From Vicugna vicugna (lineage: Eukaryota), in assembly GCA_013265495.1 (NCBI GenBank), contig MU061579.1:1671319-1735318 (forward strand): a DNA stretch of 64,000 bases, written 5' to 3'. Shown here piece by piece: positions 47,182 through 60,937 of this stretch (its first letter is position 1; every line of letters begins with the position of its first letter). Below the pieces are notes generated by a model. It searched no databases and had not been told where the DNA came from. It saw only the letters and a list, made by a program, of their open reading frames with translations. A program made the translations under genes and the position numbers.

Positions 47182-50100
47182 AATGAGGAGAAGGGTGGAG
47201 ATGAAGGATGAGATAAGTCCTGAGGAAGAGAAGGGACAGATAGTTAGATAAACAGACAGGTAAAGTTCGTCAACCATATGTTTAGAAAATAGCTTAAAAA
47301 ACTGAAGATGGGGAGACAAGAAACTACTAAAATAACTGCATACTATCTTAAAGGAGATTAAATTGAAACTTCCAACAAAATTAACAATCACGCTTTGAAC
47401 AAATCACTTAAAACAAGACAGGAAGTCAATTATTTAACAGCATTTCTAGTTTTTAGATTTGCTTCTAGCCAGGGTCAAATATGAATAATTAACTTACTTG
47501 ATTACAAATTCATTCTGAATAATCTGCTCATATTTTTTTAAAACTGTAATCATAAAATGTGAGAGAAGAGAATATACAGAGAGAAGAAAGAAGGTTGTTA
47601 ACAAGAAATATGTACCTCCAACAGAGGTCTCTAAAGAAAATAAACTAAAATTTTGGCAGGGGCAGGAGGCTGGAATAAGATTATAGACTCAGATTCTTCT
47701 CTTGACCAATATCTGGACAAACTTGATCAGATTGATAAAGAGAAAAAGATGACACCTGCCTTAAACTTATTATCTAATAATGATGTACAGATGTTTTGAA
47801 AGGCTGTCTATATTTTGATATATGAAATCTCTTACTGTATTATGGGAGTTAAGAGTTCAAAAAAGCTTCCTTTGTGGACTTACAATATAGGTTGATATGA
47901 CAGCTAAATTTTTTACATATTTTTAGAAAATGATTTATTATATACAATTTTAAAGCTTTAATTTATAAAACAGCTGGAGGTGGCAACCCACAATAAATTA
48001 ATCTATTATGAATTATGAAATTATTAACTAGCTCGACTTAAACATCTGTGGTTCATAGAAATTACATGGAACTACTTATCAGTGCCATTTCTCCTTTCTG
48101 CCTTACCTAACTCCATTTAATGAGTGGGACTGGCATATCTTTGTCATTACATAGGGAATAGAGTATGTGCCAAAACATAAGGCTCAGGGTTTAAAAGTTA
48201 CATTGCATGAATATTTATGAATACACTCTCTAATACACAAAAATTCTAAAATACCTGAATAATTGAGATTTAGTATTCAACTTGATAAAGTGAGAAAATG
48301 TTAGCTTTAAATTTAAAATAAAATAACTATCATTTCTTAATCTGTTGGATTGTATTAACAGCTTTACCTCCCCTATTTAATTTAACTGTTCAAAATATTT
48401 TATTAAAAATATACTGAAGAATGCATGGAAATTCATACTGCTGGTAAGTTATAAAGCCAGAATTTGAAATCAAGTATGTCTGATTCAAGATGTAAGGCTC
48501 ATTTTGCTCATCTGCAAAATTGAAAAAAATACACCATGTCCTCCTTAACTCACATTATACTGAGGTTCAAATGTAAGAGTGAAAATATTTTGTAAATTGT
48601 GACATCTAGTAGTTGTACAATTATTTTATTTGGGTGATGGGTGATGGCTACTGAGTACAAGCTAATAACATCTTAAAACTCATATGTGCGGATAGTTGAG
48701 TTAGAATGAAGTTCTTGAGTGTATTAACGGGAACTACTGAAAACTGGTATTGTGGTTGTTGTTAATTTCATCAAATCATGGAAGAAGCAATGCTTGAAAA
48801 ATCCTTAAGTTACATAAAGAAGGTAGATGTTTTGTCCAATTCCAAATCAACATCCCGTCCTCCTTTTAAAATATATGACTAATTCCCAGCTCACTTTGCC
48901 AATTTTTTCCAAATCTCTATGGCATTCTCTTCTGAAGTGTTGCTATATGAAAAGCTTCCTGGATATCTGTTTTCTATTGTTCTAGAACTTATCCAAATAT
49001 TCATTTTCAATTAACAATTCCTATCTCTATTTCCTAAGGCTGCTCTATATAACTGCATCTATGAAACAAGAGTGATCATGGACTTTGCTTATTTAAGTCA
49101 CAAAACCCTTCCACTAATTATTCTGCAATTAGCAATGTACGATGAAGAAGTAAGTTCTTAATATTTGGTTGTGGTTGACAATTATGATGACAATGCAACT
49201 TACCAGCTCACTGGGAATATTCAGCCATGGAAATAAGACCCCTGTGTCTGGGGCCTGACGTAATGGACCATATTGCATTCATATCTAACACCATGTGGCG
49301 GCCCTCTATAATGTAAGTGGGAAAGTAAGCGGATAACTGATAGAGACTTTATGCGTGGATTAATGTCTTTGAAAAATGTTTATTAGTGTATTTGCACCTA
49401 CAATATGTCTCAAAAATGTAGGTAATAATCTACTTCCTGGAACAGCACTGAGTACATATATATATGTGTATATATGAATACATTTACTTACTTTCACATC
49501 CACACACCCACAAGCAAACACACAAAGTATCCATTATATATATATTTATAAACTTATATAGAGGACTTCCTCTTTTCATATGTGAACTACCCACATGGTG
49601 TCCTATTTTTAAAACACATTATGTATATAAGAAGGACTGCATTACACATATCCATATGTGGGAGCCTAAGAGATTACCAATCTTTTTTGAAATAAGACTA
49701 TTACTCCATGGTCTATTATTTCTAGATCCACACCTCTCTTCTCTACTGTCCTGTGAAGGGGAAAGTGGAGTGTGTGTTGGAGAGCAGAGGTGGATGACAG
49801 GCCTTAGTAAATCAAAGAATGAAAACTCATCTTTTTGGTCCTTAGAGATGTGACATACAATTTAACCACATTCATCAAAGAAAAACATTTAGGAAGAATG
49901 TTAAGTCCTCTGTAGTTCTGTTGTGATGTAAGTTGAACTTTTTTATTGCTTTATGCTTTTTTTGAAAAATGAATTTTCCTCATAGAAGAAGTCTGCCCTG
50001 CCTTGGAAAACAGCTTGCCATCAGGCATGGTCCCAAGATATTTACAAGCATGATACATTAAAGGGAAGAATTGTGTATACAAGTCTTTGCAAATTCTCTC

Positions 50101-50559
50101 GGATGAAGCGCAAGAAGGGTTTGATTTGTACGAGATTCTACTTGACGGCAAACAGGGCAGAGCTATCGCGTGGTTCCCCAGAGGCTTACACCCAACAGCA
50201 TGAAAACTTGGGAGTCGGCCTGCATTGCCGTCTCTGATGACTGCAGAGCTCAGTCACATTTAAGATTTGATACCATTGGCAAGATGTCTCCAGCAGCCAT
50301 TGACTAATATGGAGTAAAAATGTCTTAATCTCCAAAAGATTGCTCCCTTGTGAAGTACATTACTCTAGTTGCATTAACAAGCTAACTAGGTACAAGGTGA
50401 GAATATAAGATCTTAGAACTAAACTCTGGTTCATGTATATTCAAAAGGTAGCAGGATAAAAGCAATGTATAGACTAAGAAGAAACAGGGAGAGAGTTGCC
50501 ATGTTTGGACACCTAAAGAAGACTGAAATTTAAGAGAAAGAAGTATCAACCCAGTGTAA

Positions 50560-50770
50560 AAAGCCAGGGCTCGTTTGGCTTTAATACTAAGTTTGTCATT
50601 TGTAAGTACTGTGATCTTGGACAAGTAAATTAAATTCTTAATGTGTGTTTCCTTGATTGTAAAATTGGGTTAATAATGATACCTAACTCATGGAATTACC
50701 AGGGAGGCTTAAAAGGATAAAATATATAAAATCATTAGAAAAGCATGTAGACTTTTATACTATAGTTTTA
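50560..50770 (+). mobile_element. MIR SINE
   Basis: CTGTGATCTTGGACAAGT...TGTTTCCTTGATTGTAAAATTGGGTTAATAATGATACCTAACTCAT core. Confidence 0.7.
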
Positions 50771-51609
50771 TGTTATTATCATTATCAAAGTCATTAAAAT
50801 TAAGACTTAAAAGTGATCATTTTCTTTACTTTTCTATGTATAACTTTTGCTGTTATCACAATTTATTTCTTAACAACTACATTCAGTTCAGGCTCTAAAG
50901 AGAAAAGACTAAAATTTTTCTATTATTTTAAAGGATTAATAACACATTCTTTAGAATGGAGAAAACCCCGGTGAAACAAAGTCTCTTATCCTTTATCCTA
51001 AAATGACCCACTAACATAGTAACCTATGAGTTATAGAGAATTTGGTAAATCTAAAAACTCACCCTGCTGTTTATTTTAACAACATTAAATTAAGATGAAT
51101 GCAAAGATTTTCTAATTTGGAGATAAAGATGAGAGATGCATCAGCATATGTTTGGTCATTGAAGCCAAAAAATTAGTCATTTTGGACATTAGGAAATTTA
51201 AATCCTAGGACATTACCTAACATACAACTGCTAAACTGACACTAAAATGCAAACACTGTATGAAGACTATCAACTGTAAAGCTAGTATTCATAAATACTA
51301 AGGACTTCTCTCACAATAATTCAGTATTTTTTTCCCCAAAGTGTCATGAAGGATAGAGCATTTATCAAGACTTAATTGTAGTGAGTATCAGGATTATGTG
51401 TTTTTGTGAAATCCATTAATGAAATATAATGAGATAATCTATAACCACTGATTTATTACTTCTCCTGTTATTTGATTGTGAATATGGGGGATAGAGAATA
51501 AAAGTTAATAAAATTTCATTCATGTAGATGCAACAGCATTCAATCTCAATATCCCAAACAAGTGGTTCAAATCAGACTGTCATATAGCAGATCACTGATG
51601 TGCTCATCC

Positions 51610-51622
51610 AGGTCAGTGACCT
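51610..51622. promoter_or_regulatory. Perfect IR1 nuclear-receptor element AGGTCA-G-TGACCT (FXR/RXR-type motif)
   Basis: Exact motif in apparently non-repetitive DNA. Function untested. Confidence 0.35.
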
Positions 51623-53439
51623 CAGCCTTTGTCGCCTTGGCAGTCGTAAAAACCCTCAAGCCCTTGAGAGGCAGATATGTCCAAAGGCCTGTCTCATATA
51701 GGTTGATTTAAAATCTCATGTATCTAGAATCAATTGGAGAATTTTCAATAAAACTAAAATTATATAGCAGTTTTAAAAGGAATTTTGTTATCAGAGGAAA
51801 CATAGCACTAATGAGACAGAAAAAAAAATAGTAATAAAAAGAATGCCCTGCATTTACTTGGCATTTGTTTTGGCTATTTAGATTCTGCTTTCAAAGGATG
51901 TCCATGATGATTATTTTTCTTTATTTGTTTTTGTTCAAATAGGCTCTTCATTTGAAAAACTCTCGCAATAACTGTGCAAGCTCTATGTTTTAAATGTGCA
52001 CCTCACTGACAACAGCAAGAGAGGAAGAAATGGTCACTTAACTTGAAATTCCACAATAACATAGCACATCCATATACAGATGATTTTAAGAGCTGAATAT
52101 ACGTTGTTCTGTTTGAAAATTATTGTACTGACAGAATTTTAATAATAATATTTTAATTAATGTGTGATGAGAAGGAAGTCTGCATTTATGGTACTTGTAC
52201 AATATTCACTTTGATTTCATGTCTTTTAAAAATATATTTTCTACAATAACATATTTGGTTCATCGACAGTCATTTACATTACTCATTAGATAATAAGACA
52301 TGAATAAAATTGTAGTTAAATGCATAAAATATCACTACATGAGGCAAAAATTCTAAGATGAATGTATTAAAGGTGTCTGCCATTCTGTAAGATACTCCAA
52401 CATCTCTGATATTTTGGGTTACCATGACAACATGAAATTTGTATACTACCTAGCATTTAAGAATTTATTTTTTATCCTTATTTGATTTTTAACGTATTAA
52501 ATGATAATTATCCATATTTATCTGTTATATATCAAAATAACAAAACATTTGAGCACTTTAAAATGTTCTAATAAATTATTACATATAAATATTATTGTGA
52601 TAAATTATATAGTCACTGTTTATGAAATTATAATAAATTATATAATTAATAAAACATACAGGTATATAGTTTTCTGACAAATCATTAAAATGCTATAATA
52701 AAAGACACAAAAAATGTATGGCAAATGCTTTACCCTTATAGAATACTTCTTTATTCTTAATAATACAAATAATTCTCAGAATTGACAACAGCCTTGATAT
52801 TCAACAATTTAGTCCATGCACACACATACAGACATACACACGCACACACTAACAAACAAAAAACATACACTGGCCAACATTAAGTGCTCCTTCTTAAAAA
52901 GACAGTGTCATATCTAACACTTGTTTTGTTGTTTTGTTGGTTGAAACTCTCCCATTAGGGACTTTGCTTTATTGGTAACCCTCTTTTCCCAAAATACCTT
53001 CACAAGAAAATGGCTGATTCAACTGTAGTTAAAGAATTTATGAGTCATGTGTACATACTTGTTTCTATTTTTCATTTTGTGCAGATCAATGGAAGTCAGC
53101 AGTTATGATACTTAAAAATCTAAAAAGCATTAAGTGCACTACCACATAGTAGGTCCAGAAGTGTTTCCATGTGTGTTTATCAGCTCTACTTATACAAAAA
53201 CCTACAGCAAAACCATTCCAAAGAAGGGCTCCATTTTACCTCCTGCTCCTGGGAAGGGGGTGGGGGCATTTAGCTTGGGGGGCAAGTCAGATTAAAATAA
53301 AAGGTAAAGAAATGGAGCACAGTCTTCCACAATGCCAGAAATAATATAGCCCTTGTTTAGAACTACTACTTCTTAAAGGCTGTGTGAAAAGCAAGAACAA
53401 CAACAAACAAAAACTATTTGATCCCAACAGCTTGCCTTT

Positions 53440-53925
53440 CACTCTTACTTGTCTGCTAAAAACCACAAATGAATTGTAATAAGGATAGATAATCAGTGTT
53501 TTTAGGTGACACCTTAAACTCAGAAAATGACCCATATTCGTCCAATGTGCTTAGTTTGCTAGACATTGGCTTTGAAGAGACCATAAGAGAAAATACTTGG
53601 TGTTTCAGGGAACATTATTCCTTCCTGACGAAAGGGAGAGTAGTAAGAAAGGTCTCCTCCACACACTTCTTCCTTGCTGCTTTCAGATGTTGTTGACTGA
53701 GGATGTGATACTGAAACTCCAGTGCCATCTGATGAATGGAGGAGCAGCCAGGATACTCAGCAGAATGCTTGGAAAGGATTCTATCATTCCATCACCGGAG
53801 CACCCTTTGCGGTATTCCCTACTTCTAGAATTTCTATTAAAGGAAAGCATGCAAGTGCCTACAATTGAAGCCAAAATTATTCAGATATTCTGCAACTCGA
53901 AGGCAACACATCCTCACTGAGTCAG
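53440..53925 (+). mobile_element. Old MaLR LTR (MLT1J-like)
   Basis: TGTGATACTGAAACTCCAGTGCCATCT, CCTACTTCTAGAATTTCT, and an end GAAGGCAACACATCCTCACTGAGTCA. Confidence 0.55.
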
Positions 53926-54899
53926 ATGCCCACTTGGAAATCAGATTCAAGATTACACATGTTTGTTGCTTTTCTCCATTCTCTTATTCCACCAGGAAGC
54001 AGCTTTGGTTAATTTGTAAAATCAGAAAGAGTTTGAAGCCATATGAAATATATAAATGATGATGGTTATGAAGATTGCTTGCCCTTGTTATGCCTGTTTG
54101 TAATTTTATCTGGTACCCTTCTTTTCTCTATTTCACTTACTTTTACTGCTTCATTTTCATGTGCTTTATACTATCAATTAACAGCAATTCATATTACCAT
54201 ATTTTGTTGGACAAGATAAGAAATTACCCATGCTAATCCAAATAGCATAAAATTCAACTATCATTGAGAACACATGTATAGCATATAATTTTTTGCCTTA
54301 TGTTTAATCTTTGAAATTATGCTCTATTTACCATGATATTAACATTACTTGGATTCCTTTACTGGTGCCAGTTGAGGACAGAGAAAAGACAAAGGTAGAG
54401 AGAAAACATTTAGAGGAAAGTCAGAGCATATCACAAAAATGCAACAAATTAGAAAGCTAGAAGGTTAACGGTAACTACTTAATACAATTTCATTCATGAG
54501 AAAGCTAAGGATGAGAGACATAAAGCAGTGTCAATACCTGGTGGTGGTATAGTCAAGAAATGAATCCAGGTTCCTACTTATTGACATGGTCCTCTCTTGC
54601 ATTACATGGCTTGCTTTCAAATGGAGCATCTTGGATGTAACTTGATTTGCCCTGTTGATAAGCCAAGGCAAGTTAGCCTTACCCATGTAAAATATTAAAT
54701 GAAGAGATGGATGCAGAAATGAGCTGAAAAAAAAAAGAGGGAAACTAAAATAGCGATTTTATTCAAAACAGTACAGATAGATTTTCTTTTTAATCCTCTC
54801 TTCTCCCAATTCTCCTATTTATGTATTACCTCTGGGCATTATCTTATTTAATTATAATTACTTGTTGATGTCTTCTTTTGTCTCTGTGTATTTTTTTAA

Positions 54900-55530
54900 C
54901 CCTGGTCTTTATATTCATGTATTAATTTACCAAGAATATAGGCCAGGCATTTTTCTAGGAAGACTGCCGTAAATAAACTGACATGTTGTTCCTTCTTTCA
55001 CTCTAATGGGAGAAATAAATAAATATATAACCAAACAAATAACAAATAAATATATAACCAAACATTGGGTATTTTCTATGTGTCAGGCACTGTTCTAAGC
55101 CCTTTAGATAAAGTAACATTATTGCTATCAAGGATTTTTATGGGTGATGAAAAAATTTTGAGGAACTCTGAGCAAGTAAGTGGCACATTCAGATTAAAAG
55201 GATTAGTTTGACTAATAGCCTCGAAAATAGCATAAAAGGCACTAAAAGTGAAAGAAGAAGAATCAATAAAGATTTGGGCTTTAACAGCAGAGGTGGTGAA
55301 TGGTGGTCAGTTTTTTTTATATATGTATCACAATTTCCTAGACACTGGATGTGAGGGTTGGAAATAGCCTAGAGTCAAGGCTGACTTCAAGTTTTTTGAC
55401 CTTAACCCATAGGTAAATGAGAGTGCCAGGTACTGCAATCAGGAAGCTTAGGAAAGAAACAGATTTGAGGATAGGATAAACATGCAATTTGTGAATCTGT
55501 AACTTTGAGACACCTGTTTTTCCTACATTG
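54900..55530 (-). mobile_element. L2 (with MIR) fragments
   Basis: CTATGTGTCAGGCACTGTTCTAAGC, GAGTCAAGGCTGACTTCAAGTTTTTTGACCT and AACTTTGAGACACCTG. Confidence 0.55.
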
Positions 55531-55559
55531 TCTTATGCAGTAGCCTCTAGTACTTAGTA

Positions 55560-55800
55560 GAGACCAAATTTTATATTTTATTTAATCTATTGAATTTAAA
55601 CTTAAATTTAAAGCTGCTACTCAACCCACTGAAAATTTTTCTTTGTATTTGGATCAGCTTGGTTTGTGACTCTACTTTCTGAACTATAAATTTTATAAAA
55701 TCCAAATACAGATCAAGTAATTGATGAAAATTTAGTATCTGAATTGGGATATCTTTTAAGTGTAAAATAACACACTGGTTTTCAAAGGTTTGAGTTGAGT
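55560..55800. mobile_element. Charlie1/MER33-like hAT fragment
   Basis: TGTGACTCTACTTTCTGAACTATAAATTTTATAAAATCCAAATACAGATCAAGTA...GATGAAAATTTAGTATCTGAATTG...AAGTGTAAAATA. Confidence 0.75.
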
Positions 55801-56287
55801 AGACCATAAAATATATTGTCTTCCATTCATCAGAGAGACTGAGATTGGAGATACACATTTTGAAAGCATCAGTAAAAGCATGGTGTTAAAGCTTTGGAAA
55901 TTAATCATTTGATTAAAGAGTGTGTTTGGTCAGCAAGGAGTAACATCTTCCTGTGGGTTGACGATGTGATCGTGGAGAGCACCTGGCTTTTTCAGATGAG
56001 GTTTGGTTTGCTTATTATTGGGGGATGGGTGGAGAAGGAAGGGAGAGGAAGGAGAGCTTTTATCCTCTTCGATTTCATACAATCTTCGAAAAATAGCTAG
56101 ATGCTTGGATTTTAGTCCTTTTCACCCACCACTCTTCAGTACGTCAAGACCAATTCTGACAAGATAAAACCAACACTCAAATCATTTAGCTAATTTTCAA
56201 AAATTTTCCCAGATGAGTAGTGATTAATTAAGATTAGGATTTATATACATTTCAATGTATAATTTAGCAATGATTCCATTATCCTCG

Positions 56288-56418
56288 GGGTGACCAGATG
56301 TACAGGTTTTCACAAGCCTGCTCTAGTTAGCATCTTCTTGTTCAGTTTAATTATCAATAGTATTCCTTTTCACCCTAAACTGTTTCCTGATTCAGATGAT
56401 AAATTATGTATTCACCCA
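56288..56418 (+). mobile_element. MER94-like hAT-Blackjack MITE
   Basis: GGGTGACCA...AATTATCAATAG...CTTTTCACCCT...GATGATAAATTATGTATTCACCC, with inverted ends GGGTGA/TCACCC. Confidence 0.7.
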
Positions 56419-58368
56419 AATTATTCTACTGTTTTTCTTTAGTCTGATGAACCAAGGGTTTTTTTGTTAGTTTATTTCATCTGGCTTTCTGTTTTTGCTA
56501 GTATTTAGTTTTTTGGTTTTACTTTGTTTTATTTTATATTATTTTATATTTCCTAATACCTGTCATATTGTTTTCTGTTCATCTCCACCACATTACTTTA
56601 ATTACATCAATTCTTACTTGGACTATGCAATCAGATTCTCAACCAGCATTCCTGCTTCCCCATCTCACCACTCTAATCCAGTCAACACTGCAGGACTGAT
56701 CTTTCTAAAACATTATAAAGGAAATAAATGTGAAGGATTTGGAATGGCAGGAAAAGAAGAGATTCAATGTAAGGCAGTGGTGGAGGTGACACCAGCCTCA
56801 TAATACTCTGACATTTAAATTTGACCTTGATAAAGAGACAGACGTTTCCCTATGGGGGAAAAAAGGAAAAGAAAAGGCAGAGATTCTGATAAAGAAGAAA
56901 AGAAAGTAAAACTAGGAGAAGGTTGTAGACCTCCCTGACATACGACTGTTCAGTTAACGCTTTTCTGCTACAAAGCTCTTGAACATTTTTTTAATCTCTT
57001 CTCAGAAAATGATTAACTTTTTTTGCAGAATAATGTTTATTTTCACCTAAATGCATACTGAATGCACTATAAAATGTGATAATTCAACAATATGATTCCA
57101 AACAAAGACACACTTAAAAATGAAAAGAGGTTTCTAGTGACAAGGTATTTAGCTTGTACAATGTCACATGGGGCATCTTTGAGTTACCTGCCATGTTTCG
57201 ATGAACCCGAAGCAATTTACTTTCCTCTACCTATGCCAACTGAGACAGGTAAAAATGTAGCATTTTCTGCAACTCCTCTATCTGTTTTGCATATGCAATA
57301 TTTTCAACTATTTTTAAAATCCTCTCTAATATAGCCTGTATTTTTTCCTAAGCAAGTTTTCTGTGTTGTAACAATATTTAAGGGCTGCTTGCTTGTTTGT
57401 TTGCCAGAACAACTGACACACTAAAAGACTGGACACATAAACAAGGAATAATGTAACTTTCTAAGAATGATCCCTTTGCTGCTTTTATCCACCAACCATG
57501 AGTCATTTATTCTTTTTTAGTGAGGATGTCATACCTTCAGTAGAATACATGTTATGAAAATAAGTTTCTAATTAATAATTTGAGGGACCAGAGATTCTTA
57601 GCATGTAAAAATACTAAATGTAGCCACTCCTTCCAAAAATACACACCAGACTCATGGCATCATTGAGGTCACCTTCACTACGGCATGGGTGTAATGAGGT
57701 AGGCAGAGTAATTTGGAACTGGGAGATCAGAAACGGAATCTCACTTCTGCTAAGAAGATCCCCAGAATAGGGACTTTCTTTTATTTGCTGCTGTGTTCTA
57801 GCATCTAGACCAAAGCCTGACTTTAATTAGCACTAAATAAACCCTGATGAATGAACTCAAGGATACCAAGCACAACAGTTCTTCAGTTTTTTCATCTCAC
57901 GTTAAGGGGTCATAGCAAAGAATTCTGATGTTCCAACTGCATCCTATATTCTATAGTTCAGCTAACAAAACAATGTTAAATGTTATTTTTGTTGCCTATC
58001 ATTTTTCCCATACCATTCTTCTTTCCTTCCTTCCTTTCCTTTCTTTCCTTCTCTTCTCTTTGCTTATTTCTTTTATCCTCTCCATCTTTGTCTTTTTTTT
58101 TCTTTTTCTTTCTTATTAATACCTTAAAGAAAGTAGCACTGAATCTTTTCAAGTTTAAATGGCATGAGTGATCTTTGCTTAGAAGCAGATGATAAGCAGT
58201 GGTCCAGAAAAAAGGAAACATGGAGCCCTTCTCTGCCTTTCAGAGAAAGCACAGAACACAGAAAACACTTCTTTTCACATAGAAAAGGAAAGGCTATCAG
58301 CCCTGAGACACAGGGAGGCACTGAGATACAGGTACCCTTCTGCTTTTCGAAAGTTTGCTTTATGCCAC

Positions 58369-58989
58369 TGAGACAGGAAGGGGGCAAGTCACAGCCATTC
58401 CAGGAATGATACAGCAATTAACATCAAAATGGTGGACGGTTCAACCTCCAGTAGGCCCTGAGGCTCAAGATTTGACTTCTAGTAGACCTTGAGCTCAATA
58501 TACACTCATGGTAATACATTAGCATGGTAAATAACATGCCCACAGGCACCATGGCAGTCCCAAGGCTAGCCACGGAAGGTCAAAGAGTGGGAAATGACCG
58601 ACTTCCCAGGAATCCCAGCCCCTTCCCCAGGCTACTTAGACTGGCCCTTCCACTTTTTAGCATATGGAGGCACCAAGCCCATAAAAACTGGCAACACGGT
58701 GCTTCACAGCCACTGCCCCCTCTCTCTGCCTCTTCGAGACGGCCCACACTCTGTCTCTGGGATATGTACCTACTTTTAATCTGAGCACACAACCCCCACA
58801 CCTCGTGGCCTTTCTCTTATCTTTCAATGCATCTCTCTGAATAAATCTACCTTTACTCAACTGTGGCTCGCTCTTGAATTCTGTCCTGCACGAAGCCAAG
58901 GACCCGCACTTGGCGGGGCACGTCCCAGGGGCTCAGCCGAGACCTGGGACACGGCCTTCCTCACACCCCACACCTGTTTTCCCGCATCA
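58369..58989 (+). mobile_element. ERV1 (class I) solo LTR, 621 bp
   Basis: TG...CA termini and a perfect 4-bp TSD CCAC (58365-58368 / 58990-58993). TATA-like CATAAAAA at ~58680, AATAAA at 58840, and U5 CTCGCTCTTGAATTCTGTCCTGCACGAAGCCAAGGACCC. Confidence 0.9.
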
Positions 58990-60937
58990 CCACTTTCACT
59001 TTCACGGAAGGCCTGCCTTAGTACCCGTTTTCCCCAGCCAAAAGAAATTTGAAGAGGATTTTTGCTTTTCGTAAAAAGGCAAAAGTTGAAAATAGTGTTC
59101 AGCATTTGCTTTGCAGGGAGCCGGTACAGAGGCAGCGTACACTCCGCAGAGAGGGGCACAGCCAAGCTTCTTCCCTGGGACCCACACTCAGCATCTCAGC
59201 ATCAAGCCGCCATAGCTTTGAACTGTGTCTGAGCGCATATGTGTTCTATCTGGATTTATTTTGTGCATCCCTTAGCGAGATGTGTCCTAAGGTAATTTGT
59301 TTGCTTTATGCCATTTCAGCTTAGGAAGGTTTCAAAGGAACACTTTATTTTAGACAGTGGGGGAAACCTGTATTACTTTCTTATATTTTTATGTTACCTA
59401 TTTTTGTTCTAAAAATCTCTGGCAAATTTTAGGTCTCTGCCATGAATGCAGACTCTTTCCTGACACATTTTCTGTCTTTGATTCATTCTATTACTACAAA
59501 ACCATTTACTTTATAGAGAACCCTGCATTTGGGTTCCAGATTATCTTCCTATTTTAGTTTTTATCTAGAATGGAATTTATAGCACATTTCTGTACCTGTT
59601 TCCCTTGCCCACTTAAAAGTCAAGCAGTTGATGGCATGTATACTTATAATAGGCATTCAATTTATAGCAATGTGGTGAAAAATAATAACTGAAAGAAATT
59701 CATTGTTAACAACTGAGTTTTAAATTTTTCATTATTTCTAATTTGGGGAGGTATTTTGGGAGTATACATTGTATCCCTGAAATCACACTGTATAGTAAAG
59801 GTGTGCCTCTTTGTTTCCTAAAAATGAGTATTGTTTCTGCCCAAATCAGATATGTGGACCAGTTTTTGGCTGCAACAGCATCTGATTTCTCTTCTATTCA
59901 TCTTGTTATAATTATACCTACCAACTTATCTGTGCCTTTTAGTGCACTTAATACCATAGCATACCAACTTAGAAACAGCAAAAACAACAAAATGTTTGAA
60001 CAGAAGGGCAGACAGGCAGTTGATGTGTAAAGGAAGACTTTAAAAACTCAAATGATGTCTCAGAATAATGGCAAAATAATTCCTTGTAAGTGACTACATG
60101 TGACTGACAAGCTCTACACCCATTAATTTCCTGCTCTTTTCTGTAATTTTGAAAAATTGTATGCTTTTTATCCTTACTTCCATTTTTTATTTCAGTAGAA
60201 AGTTTCTTTACTGTTTTCTTAGCAATAATTTATACATATAAATCACCACAAAAGATGACTCCTCTGCTCTTTTATGTCATTTAAAAATATATATTCATTT
60301 ATTCAATGTCTTAATGGTCACTATTGCCCGACCCCTAACATTATCAACTTGCAGCTAAGTCATGTTATTTCCTATTAGCTGTTTTTTCTTTTTTTTATTC
60401 CTGTTTCTTTTAGTCTGTTCAGATCCCTATCATCATAATTTACTCAATTGTAATAAATTCCTAGGTGTCTTCCTCTCTCTAGTATTCCATATTTTCACTC
60501 CATCTTGCAGTCTCCCTCTAAATTCACCTCTTCCCAAAGCCATTCATATTATATCACATTCTAAATTATTTTATTCTTATGCACTGAATAAAGTCCAAAT
60601 TCTCAGATTGTGTGATATTGATTAAAGCTATATTCCCAATCTCTCTTATTCAGTATTCTCAGCAGAGGACCTTGAAACAAAAAGATCCAAGTGCAATGCT
60701 TAGGAACTGGTCAAATTAACAAGAGTAGAGAATGAGATGTGGATTCAAATGGAAGGCAGCCAATAAAGTACACATTATCCAGCAAGTTGCCACTGTGTGC
60801 ACTGGGGCTTATTAATCCATGTGGAGGTCTTTGGGGATGAGTGTAGGATATTTCTCTCTGTGTGTTTCCATATAAGGGGCAAGAGATGTGATCTTTATCC
60901 ATCCAATGGATGTAATAAAAATAATGATAAATTTAGT

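Noticed and set aside
57928..58221. Hydrophobic or charged ORFs
   Set aside because: They come from a CT-rich low-complexity tract.
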